A DNA stretch of 63,204 nucleotides from Salpingoeca rosetta (Eukaryota > Protista > Choanoflagellata). Position numbers and translations under genes: made by a program. Below the pieces are notes generated by a model. It saw only the letters and a program-made list of their open reading frames with translations, had not been told where the DNA came from and searched no databases. The DNA is taken from assembly GCA_033442325.1 (NCBI GenBank), contig JAWQFM010000014.1:431048-494251 (forward strand). Reading direction: 5' to 3'. Each line of letters begins with the position of its first letter. Position 1 is the stretch's first letter. Shown one piece after another: positions 1-43,117 of this stretch.

Positions 1-977
1 GACACGGGCGAGTGTGTGTGCCAGAATGGGTACATTGGAGACTCGTGCCAGGCCGCGTGCGACCTCGACGTGTGCCAGAACGGCGGCACGTGCACGATGG
101 ACGAGACAGCGGACCGCGGGTACACATGCGACTGCCCATCGGTAAGAAAGCACCGGAAGAGCGGGAAGGGAAGAATGCATTGTGCCTTCTGCGTGGAATA
201 AGAGCGAATCAAAGCGTTGTTGTGCTGGTGTAAGGGTCACGTGCAACAAGAAAGAACACAATATGTTGTGCCTTCATGATGCTGACTAACAGTGCTTTCC
301 ACAACATTCAACGTTTCGCAGGGGGTTACCGGGTACACGTGTGATCGAGACATCGACGAGTGCGCGAGCAGCGACAGCAACGGGTGCGACGAGGCGCGCG
401 GGGTGTGCAGCAACACGGCCGGGTCGTACCAGTGCAGCTGCGAGAGCGGGTGGCAGCTTGCGTCCAACGGGCGCGACTGCGAGGACGTGAACGAGTGCGC
501 GGATGAGGCGGACAACGAGTGCGACGCGCTTGTTGGCTCGTGCACGAACACGATTGGGTCGTACACGTGCAGCTGCGGTGCCGGGTATGAGCTGGACAGC
601 GACGGGCACACGTGCGAGGATGTGGACGAGTGCTCAAGGAGCACGCACGAGTGTTCTTGCAGTAGCGCGAGCACGTGTGGCTCGTGTGTGTGTGCACTTG
701 TCCTGACGGCTTTGTGCTGGATACATCGGGTCACAACTGCCACTTCTTCTACTACACCCCTGTTGGCGAGACGACCACGACAACAAGCACAACGACAACC
801 ACGACCAGCGAGCCTGCGATAATGATGACTGTTGCCTCGACAACAACAACATCGGGGTCAGTGTCGACGTCTGCTGTTGGCCCGGTGCAGATGCTGCTGA
901 CAGAGCCTGAGCTACGCCTGCCTGACGAGAAGGACATGCAGCTTGCTGGCGATGCGGGCATGGGGTGGGGTGTGTGA
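1..977 (+). CDS. Calcium-binding EGF-like repeat protein (3' part; gene starts upstream of the window)
   Basis: EGF and cbEGF repeats: CQNGGTC...YTCDCP, DIDECAS...CSNTAGSYQCSCESG, DVNECAD...CTNTIGSYTCSCGAGY, DVDECS...CTCPDGFVLDTSGHNC, then a Thr-rich stalk. Intron 142-321 (GT..AG). The frame changes in a (TG)n run near 684-695. A possible final TM exon lies at 1381-1544 (GIVIVIVLCLLVSLFL, short tail, TGA 1542-1544), low confidence. Confidence 0.8.
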
Positions 978-1851
978 TTTCGGTGTTTGCGTCTGTTGCG
1001 TAAGCGTCTGAGATTGTTGCAGTGCTGTATGTATGTTGTTGGGGAGGGGAGTAAAACGTGGCCGCCGCGCCTTTGTGTGAGATGTTGGTGTCGTGTAGCG
1101 TTGTGACGGTGGGTTGTGTGTGCGTTCTGGTGCTGTGTGGACCGCTAAGGCCGCCGTGTAGAGGTTGTGGCCACTGACTTGTCAGCTGGGCACTTCCAGG
1201 GTTGGCTGGTCACAACACACAAGCACCGGCGCATTCATGGCCGCTTGTCATTGCGCTGTGCGTCGCCGCACCTTGCACTTGGCAAAGCGTTGTCTTGTGG
1301 GGGTGTTGGGAGTGTTGCTTGGTAGCATGTATGTTGTGCGTTTGTTTGGCAGCTACATTTCGCCGCTCTGCCCGTTGTAGGCGTTGGCACATGGGTTTAC
1401 TTTCTGTTTGCAAAGCTCATCGTCCGTGGGATTGTGATTGTGATTGTGTTGTGCTTGCTTGTTTCCTTGTTTCTCGATTTGGGGCAGCGAGAAAGAAGGC
1501 GGCAAGCAAGCACGACGGAAAAAAGTCATCTAAGCGTCACCTGAAGGGTAATTCTTGTCAAATTTTTATTTGGGCTTGGCGTCCCAACCCAATTGCACTT
1601 CCAAGCACGCAAAAAGGCGTGGAATGACGCCGCGTGCATTCCAATGTCCACGCCCAGGCAAGAATGTAACAAAAGACGCGCCTAAACTGAGGGTTTGACA
1701 CACAGAGACGCACACAGATGCACCATTTACACACATACACTGCGCCGACAACACACGCTCAACGCATACACGCAACTCCAAGCATACAAACGCACACTCA
1801 GGGCCGTCGGCTCCTTCTCCATCGACCAGCAACTAGGGACTGACACGTGCC

Positions 1852-3804
1852 ATGGGCTTGACGGGCTACGGCAGCGTTGCCGGTATTCTGGGCAAGGACT
1901 GGGCGAGCAGGCGCTCCACGATAAGCACGCAAGATCGCGTGTGCGGCGTCGAGCTCCATGGCGTCATCCACAGGTTTCTGTGGAGGCGTGACAGGACATC
2001 ACTACGGCAGCATATGCAGAATCCAGCATGCAACCAGCTGAGCCAGGCGTGCTGTGCCCGAATCACCGGCCGAATCGTGCGACACGTCCAGACTCTCACC
2101 AAGATGTTCCGGCGCGTCATCATCGTCGACGAGACCCCGACGGCGTACAAGCTGCGGGACTCGGGAACCCCAAGCTGCTTGGTGAGACAGCTGCGCGCCG
2201 CCATCGAGCAGAAGACCAGCGCCGAGTTCACAACCGCACCGGGCGAGGCCGACCACCAGCTAGCAGCAATGCTCCGTCGCAAGGTGAGACGTGCACAAAC
2301 AAGCTTCAGCGAGGCTGCACTCGCACCAACGCAGCACCCACACACGCCGCACATGCACACACAGATGAAAAGCATGTTGACACACCCTCACGCCACTCAC
2401 ATTCATGCACACACACACACACGTACGTGCAGGAGATACACGTCGCGCTGTTCCCCTCGTCAGACAGTGACATGCTGCTGCACGACGCAGGGGATGGCAT
2501 CATCGTATTCCGCCACACACTGCAGCGCAAGGCGGGTCGCGTGGGGCTTCGTGGCGTCTGCATTCGCAAACGTCACAAGCTTTGCATGGCAGATGGCATC
2601 GTGGCGATCTTGGCGGGCTGCGATGTCTTCAAACGCGCCGGTTAGTGCATGTCCCAGCACCTGATTTGCAAACTGCGCCTCAATCCACACTCATAGTCAC
2701 ATCAGCAATGTTTATGGTGTGGTCACTGGGTATCAACAAAGAGCAAGTGTCGCATTCTCATCAACAAGCACAACTGCAGGTGTTGCACGGAAGCGGGCGC
2801 AAGCGTTGTTTGAGGCCGCAATGGCGGCGGAGGCGGCCGCTGCTGCCACGGCCGACACCACTACCACCACAGCCACAGCCACAGCTGACACAACCGCCGA
2901 CACCACCGCCGATACCACCGCTGCTGCCACTACCGACACCACCACCGACACCACAGCCACGGCGGCCACCACCGCCGACACCACAGCCCCAGCCCCGCCA
3001 CAGCCAACCGGCTGGGGTTCTGGCCCGCGGTAGCTGCTGTCGACCGGCACATCCGGGCAGACGGCGACTTCATCGCCGGTGCCGTCGCCTTCTTCTGCGG
3101 ACCGGTGCGCCTCGACGGCCGGGAGCAGATGCTGGCGCCGATGCCGGACAACTTCAGCACCCTACGGCCGCCCCTGAACCAGGACAACGACCCACATCAA
3201 CACTGCGTCCCAGGGCGAGCAAGGGTGATGAAGAAGATGAGCAGGCGGACAGGCAAGCGGGTCTTCAGGCGGATCAGCAAGCAGATCCACCCAAGCATGC
3301 AGCTTGCCCAAGAGTCCCCCCGTGTCCCCCAGCGCGTGCAAGAGCGCGAGGCAGGCAAGCAGGTTCAGACCCGAGCGCAGACGAAGGAGCAGGAGAAGCA
3401 GAGGGCGGAGACGCACGTGGCGGGCGGGAAGAAGAAGAAGGATGACAAGGAAAAGAAGAAGAAGAGGAACACGAAGAAGAAGGATACCGCAAGTGTGGAC
3501 GGCGGGGATGATGCCCGCTCGTTCTTCTGGCACGCGGATACAGCTGCAGTTATACCAGAGCCCGCGTCACCAGCAATCCCCGAAGCCAAGGCCGAGACAC
3601 CCGTGCAGCTGCAGCACCAGTGGGGGCTTGTCAGTGTCGTGCCCCATGGCCCCGACACGACGGCACCTTGTCTGTCAGACAAGATCATTGCCGCCCACAA
3701 GAAGCGTCAGGAGAAGAAGGCAAAGGAGAAGGCTGAGAAACGGGCGAAGCAGCAGGCCGCGAAGCAACAACAAGAACAACAAGAACAACAACAACAAGAA
3801 CAAG

Positions 3805-3901
<97 letters not shown>

Positions 3902-3935
3902 GCAGCAGCAGCACCAGCTGCAGCAGCAGCAGTAG
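1852..3935 (+). CDS. FEN1/XPG/Exo1-family (PIN-fold) 5' nuclease with H3TH motif and basic/poly-Q tail; possibly the N-terminal half of a fusion with the downstream Fanzor ORF
   Basis: Exons 1852-2283, 2433-2640 and 2780 onward (introns 2284-2432 and 2641-2779, both GT..AG and frame-consistent). XPG-N/I motifs in order: MGLTGY, VCGVELHGVIHRF, VIIVDETPTAYK, FTTAPGEADHQLAAM, VALFPSSDSDMLL, AILAGCDVFKRA|GVARKRAQALF (H3TH). An apparent frameshift between about 2889 and 3030 leads into ORF 3105-3935 (K-rich NLS-like segments, poly-Q). Confidence 0.8.
3764..3932 (+). repeat. (CAA/CAG)n poly-glutamine tract
   Basis: Long caacaa/cagcag run read in frame as poly-Q in ORF 3105-3935. Confidence 0.95.
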
Positions 3936-4235
3936 AAACAACAACATCAGCAGCTTGCGGCTTCGGCCATTCACAGTCCCACGCGGCACCACATTCCCCA
4001 CCACAAAAAAGGTTAAGTACGCACCATTAATCAAGGAAGGTGGATTTTTTCCTTTAAGGGTTCAACTTCAATTGGTTCTCTTCTATTTTTGCAGAAGAAA
4101 CAATGTTTCTCATGAAGGGGTTTTGATGGTTCCAAACGCAGAACCAGCCGTATTACGGTAACCTTTTGGCGAGGGGGGGACCGGGCGTACGGGTCGCCTG
4201 ATGCCGCCTTTAATCAGCCTCGCTGCCCCCTAACG

Positions 4236-4335
4236 NNNNNNNNNNNNNNNNNNNNNNNNNNNNNNNNNNNNNNNNNNNNNNNNNNNNNNNNNNNNNNNNN
4301 NNNNNNNNNNNNNNNNNNNNNNNNNNNNNNNNNNN
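4236..4335. other. Assembly gap (100 N) with low-quality flanks
   Basis: N run. The sequence at about 3940-4235 loses coding character and looks like a read end. Confidence 0.98.
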
Positions 4336-6655
4336 GAAAGGCAAAGAGCAAGCCGTCGCAGGTGGCACTGTGTGTTCGCCAATCCGGGCCATGACAAGCG
4401 CAGCTGTCGCTAGACGTCACAGAGCAACCCACAGCCACAACAGCAGAAGCAGAAGCAGAAGCATAAGCAGACACAGAAGCAAAAGGCACCCCAGTCGGGG
4501 CAGACACAAAGCTCACCACCACTGCCACCAACTGCCACCACTACCACCACTGCCAGACCTCGCAAAGGCCAGGGCGTCGTTGCTACAGCTGCGCAAGTTG
4601 AATGATGAGTTACAGGCAGCGGTGCGTGAGCGAGACGAGGTACAGAAGGTGGTGGACGACCTCCTCGATCCAGTGGAGCATGACAGGGCCGTGCGCAGCC
4701 TGAAGGACAAGCAGGTGGTGGCTGACACGAAGCACCGCCACTTCCTGCACGCGCTGCAGGCCCTGAAAACAATGCTTCTGAATGAGCTACAGGAGTTTCA
4801 GGCCTGCAGAAGGGCTGCCAAGAGCCGGAAGGAGGCGCTCGCAGAGGAGCACGCGGCCAAGCAGGAGGCGCTCGCAGAGGAGCACGCGGCCAAGCAGGAG
4901 GCGCTCGCAGAGGAGCACGCGGCCAAGCAGGAGGCGCTCGCAGAGGAGCACGCGGCCAAGCAGGAGGCGCTCGCAGAGGAGCACGCGGCCAAGCAGGAGG
5001 CGCTCGCAGAGGAGCACGCGGCCAAGCAGGAGGCGCTCGCAGAGGAGCACGCAGCCAAGCAGGAGGCGCTCGCAGAGGAGCACGCGGCCAAGCAGGAGGC
5101 GCTCGCAGAGGAGCACGCAGCCAAGCAGGAGGCGCTAGAGAAGCACCAACAGCGGGAGGTGGCAGACCTCGAGCAGCGACAAGTACAGGAAATTCGCGAC
5201 TGTACCCTCACCGATGCTTACGCCAGGAAGATAGCGGACGTCCACAGGAGCACATGGTTAATGACGAAGAAGGGCATGGCGGTGTCCTCATGGACCGGGA
5301 GCATCCTGGAGTTTCACACGGCCCTGAAGACACAACAGCAGCGGCAGGAGGAGAACGACACATTCAAGTTCCACATGAGTAGGCAGGCAGCGCGCAACAC
5401 CATCCCCGTGGATGCCGTGAATCTCAAGCAAACGAGGGGCATGTTTGCGGTGATGTGCGTGGACAAGCTCCGTGTAGCAGAGCCGCTACCCGCTGCGAAA
5501 GACTTTCGCGGTCAGGCAAGGTTCACATTGGATGCGTCGGGGAGGTACCACATATGTGTGGCCTCCAACTTCACCCGAGGAGCACCTGATGACGTGGGAA
5601 CGCTCGGGCAAAGCTTGCTCCAGGTTGAGAGACCTGTGCTGGCAGGGTGCGACGACGGCCTGCAAGAGGTGGAGGAGGAGGAAGAGGCACGTGCAAAGTG
5701 CGAGGAACATGGCGGCGGGGACATGGCCATGCAGGCGTTGGAGGAGAAGGCACGTGTGAGGGAGCGGAAGATGGGCGAGGTGGCACGGCGGTTGCAAGCG
5801 GAGGCGAGGGAGGCGCGCAGGCGGTGGGTGAGGCTGAGACGGGCCAAGGCGATAGACAAGCAGACACAGGAAGCAGAGGCAGAGTTTCAGGCAGCACGAG
5901 AGCGACATGCGGCGCACCTGGACTGGCGGCGGCGGCTGCGAAAGCGGCGGCGACTTCTGCGCATGAAGGAGCGCAACGCTCTCCTGCGCGAGAGACGTGG
6001 CGGTGTTGTGTCCATTGACCCAGGCGTCCGCGTGCCATTCACGCTGTGGACGGCGTCTGGGACCGTGTCCATCGCGCATGACGCCATCGAGGAGCTGCGC
6101 ATGCTTCTCAGGAACGCCAATGACATCCGTGCTGATGCCGACCTCCTGGAAGTAGCGGTGCAGGAGGGCGAAGCCCGGGGCGAAGGCGACGTGGCAGCCG
6201 CGCGACGGCGGCACCGGCAGCAGCTGCGCGTGGTGAGGGACCGCGTGGACCACCTTCATCGAGTCGTCGCCAATTATCTTGTGATGTCGTTCCGCGTCGT
6301 GCTGCTGCCGCGCTTCGGCACCAGCCGGATGATCCGCCGGTCCGGTCGCCCGTTTGGCCGCGACACGGCTCGCTCCATGGGCGTCTGGGCACACTACCGC
6401 TTCAGGCAGCTGTTGTTGGACCGCGCGGAGAGGGAGCCTGGGTGCACGGTTGTGATCTGCGATGAGGCGTGGACGTCGAAGACCTGCGGCCGCTGCGGGC
6501 GGCTGCACCACAGCCTCGGCGCTGACGATGTGTTCGCATGCCCCCACGACAGCTGCAGATATGTCGCCGGCCGCGACGCCAACGCAGCCCGCAACATTCT
6601 GTTGCTGTGGCTGTACCGGAACGACATCCAGCTTGCACCGGTGCCAGCTCCTTAG
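4336..6655 (+). CDS. Fanzor2/IS607-TnpB-like RNA-guided endonuclease with long N-terminal coiled-coil extension (open to the gap; true start not visible)
   Basis: WED-like FKFHMSRQ...EPLP...ARFTLDASGRYHICV. RuvC-I VVSIDPGVRVPFT (D codon 6017-6019). HLHRVVANYL. RuvC-II VVLLPRFGTSRMI with the Fanzor-type Pro (6308-6310). WAHYRFRQLL. Relocated catalytic Glu in VICDEAWTSKTC (6464-6466). Zinc finger CGRC...CPHDSC. RuvC-III GRDANAARNILL (D codon 6575-6577). Stop TAG 6653-6655. Confidence 0.92.
4831..5136 (+). repeat. 33-bp coding tandem repeat, 9 full copies plus a partial (EALAEEHAAKQ)
   Basis: Unit ggaggcgctcgcagaggagcacgcggccaagca starts at 4831, 4864, ... 5095, with a partial copy at 5128. Copies are nearly identical (one gcg/gca synonymous variant). 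Confidence 0.97.
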
Positions 6656-6840
6656 CCGCGCACGGGGGAGGGAGGAGTAATCGCCGACACAGCACATGTT
6701 CACACGTCGAGCGATTGGGGCGGGGCAACCAAGAGAAGAGAAGCCGGGAGGCGAACGAGGACGAGGGGAAAGCGGCGTGCACCGGGCAAAGTCCTTCAGC
6801 ACGCACATGCTGCAGCTTGTGCCTGCATGCTGGCTGGACA
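6600..6840 (+). ncRNA. Candidate omegaRNA scaffold of the Fanzor
   Basis: Position at and after the ORF 3' end is where TnpB/Fanzor omegaRNAs are encoded. Visible stems: aatcgc-cgac...gtcg-a-gcgatt (6679-6716) and cagca-c-gcaca...tgtgc-ctgca-tgctg (6797-6832). Boundaries are inferred. Confidence 0.45.
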
Positions 6841-7653
6841 CAGGTGTGTGTGTGAGTGCTTGTGTGTGTGCCTGTGTGTGTGTGTGAATGTGTGCTTGTG
6901 TGTGTGTGTGTGTGCTTGTGTGCTTGTGTGTGCTTGTGTGTGTGTGTGTGTGTGCACGCGTTCATCATCGTCGAGATCTTGCCGAATTTTGTTGAAGGTT
7001 TTCACAAATCTTCCAAACTTGCGATTTTTCGAGGTTGCTGTTGCCAACGATTGTCGACAGCAGAGAACAGACGACCGCGCTCCTTTCTTTCTCTCCTCAC
7101 CTCCTCGAGCTCTCACCCCACTCCCACTCACATACCCCCCCCTCCCCTAACACTCACACAACACACACGACACACCAGCTCGCACGTGTGGCTCGCATGT
7201 GAAGCACCCCTACTATCCCCTTCTTCCTTGTTTTTTTCTCTTTGATCCCACCCCCTCCCTTCCCCCGTTTTACAGGTTGTTGGGTACCTGCTGATCTACT
7301 ACGGTCAGCTTCGTAAAAACCCAAAGGTGAGCGGCTTGACGGCGTGATGTGTGAGTTTGTATGTGTATGTGTGCGTGAATGTGTGTGTGTGTGTGTTTGA
7401 GTGTGTGTGAGTCTGTGTGTGTGTGAGTGTGTGTGAATGTGTGTGTGTGAGTGTATGTGTGAGTGTGTGTGTCAGTGCGTGTGAATGTATGTGCGAGTGT
7501 GTCTGTGTGTGTGTCAGTGCGTATGATGAGTGCGAGTGGATGACACAAGATATGAACCTGAAATGTCAAGCGAAAATATCCCCGCAAGCACTTACACTTC
7601 TTTTGCATTCAACTTCCGTCAACAAAGCGCACCGTCGTGGTTGGCGTACGACA

Positions 7654-11262
<3,609 letters not shown>

Positions 11263-11492
11263 TGTGTATGTTGATGTCGTGGGGACGGTGATGGTATGCC
11301 GAGAGGTGTGTTGCGGATCAGTAAAGAAAGCAATCTTGAAGTGAACTGCCATTCCAATGATTTCAGTCATCATTATTGCAACCGCCATCATCATATTGTC
11401 TATTCTGTTGTTACACAGCACACATATTCATCTCAGCCTCTCAATCGCAACAACGCAACACGAAATGTTTCTTCCGCTCTTATTGTGTCACA

Positions 11493-23240
<11,748 letters not shown>

Positions 23241-23773
23241 CTTCGAAAAACGTGGCGGCAGTGTTCCAACAACGACCGGAGCCCACAATCCAGCGTCAGA
23301 ACGCACCCACGACAGGAAAAATGCAGTGTCTTGCTCTCACTGCTTCATACACCCCGCACACACACATGACACGCATGCACACGTACACGGCACAACTCAC
23401 GGGCACAACCCACGCATCCACACACCACGACCCACACTGCACACACACACATGTGCGCCACCAACCTTCTCTTCTTCCTTGCTTCTTGCTGTTTGCTGTT
23501 CCGCTGCTGCTTTGCTGCGTTTGTGCTGGTGGCGGTTGCATGCGAAGATTGGTGGATACTTTTTACAGATTTTCCTTGCTTCAGTTTTTTTCTGTTGACA
23601 GAAGAAAGAGAGCAGATACGAGAAAGACGTTGTTGCTTTTGCATTTGTGTCCACCAGTCTCTGCCTCTCACTCTGTTCGCAGTCGCCCTCACGTCAACGT
23701 TCTCTTTCCCCTTGAGCTGCCAGCTTGTTCCCCTCCTCCACGGACATTTTGGGACTGCCACAACACACCCGCC

Positions 23774-26179
<2,406 letters not shown>

Positions 26180-26544
26180 ACGTTGCTCGCATGCATGCAT
26201 CACGCGCAGAAAGAAAGGGAAAGCGAAGAGGTGGGGAAGGGAGGGGATGCATACACGCGCGCAGAGCAAGTCGCAGAGAGACATGGCAGAGACACAGAGA
26301 GAGACCACGTTCAGGCGCAGCACACAAAACGCAAAGAAGAACCAAAACTTTGCGTCGTCAGTCGAGTGTCTTGCTTGAGAGTCCTCCCAAGCAAGCAAGC
26401 AAGCAAGAAGTGACACTGGCTGACCTACCCGCACTTTTGGTGTGCTGATCACTCCACCCACCCACTTCACCTGCGTTGTCTCCCTTGCCATCGACGCCTT
26501 CCAAACCCGCCTTCCCGCCTTCCCCACCCTCCAACCAGCGCACG

Positions 26545-34318
<7,774 letters not shown>

Positions 34319-34337
34319 ATGAACATGATGTGCGTGC

Positions 34338-34435
<98 letters not shown>

Positions 34436-34926
34436 CTGTTTGCTTGCGACTGTCGAAATGCCTTTGATTCTGTGAAAACTACATGTCTTGTTTCATCGAC
34501 CGCATGCGTTTCCTCTGCTTCTGAACATGCATGTGCACACCCCTGTTCACGTGGTGTCCGTGGTTCTGCTTTCCATTCCACCACCAGTTATGACCGCAAT
34601 ACATGAGCACGGCACCGTTCATGGCTGGAGGTGCTGCTGATGATTCAGTCGGTGTGGAGAGAGACGATGCACAGTGATGACCGAGTTTATTGGTTATGGT
34701 GCACGTTCAGAACATGGCACTCGCAATTGAATCATCGCATCTTGCTTGCACCTGCACGCAATCAAACTATCTCCACAAGACCACACTCAAGCACACCCAC
34801 GCAGACACACATACACACTCTGCGCGTGTGCACGCAACCTCACAATGTCTCCTCCACTTCATCTCCATCTCCATCCTCATTCCCGTTCCCCTTCCCCTTC
34901 TGCTCGTTCTGCTTCTGTCCTATTGC

Positions 34927-42697
<7,771 letters not shown>

Positions 42698-43117
42698 CAC
42701 AATGCTTGGATAGGTGTGCGTGTGTGGTGAATGTGTGTGTGTGTGTGTGTGTGTGTCTGTGTGTCTGTGTGTGTCTGTGTGTGTGTCTGTGTGTGTGTGT
42801 GTCTGTGTGTGTGTGAGCACGTTGCGCTGTGTTGTTGGGCTGCTTCGCGCAACGTGGGTTGTTGGCGATTGGTAGAAGATGCGAGTGAATTTTCTACAGG
42901 CAATTGCCGAAACCGACAGCAGCCACCAACTGCACAGCTCCAATCTCCACAAGCACCAAGCACAGGCACCAAGCAGCCTTTTTGCTTCTTGCCCCTCGAC
43001 GCACACAACACAACACCACCCTCCCTCTCCCTCCCCCCCCCCCCCCTTCTCTCTCCGTCCTCCTTCTCCGTCCTCCGACCTACCTACACACACGCCCGCA
43101 GCGCGTGTCTTGGCGAG

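Noticed and set aside
3940-4235. AT-richer segment as possible foreign DNA
   Set aside because: It follows a long CAA repeat and abuts the gap, which is typical of a low-quality read end.
4831-5136. 33-bp repeats next to a Cas12-like RuvC, as a possible CRISPR array
   Set aside because: Units are head-to-tail with no spacers and lie in frame inside the ORF.
5486-6841. 451-aa antisense ORF over the Fanzor, and other long antisense ORFs such as 31583-33136, 46175-47101 and 48920-50062
   Set aside because: These are shadow ORFs of GC-rich coding sequence with no recognisable motifs.
1000-7300. Terminal inverted repeats, target-site duplication, or a TnpA/DDE transposase around the Fanzor
   Set aside because: None recognised by eye, so no mobile_element boundaries are called. 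A computational search is still needed.
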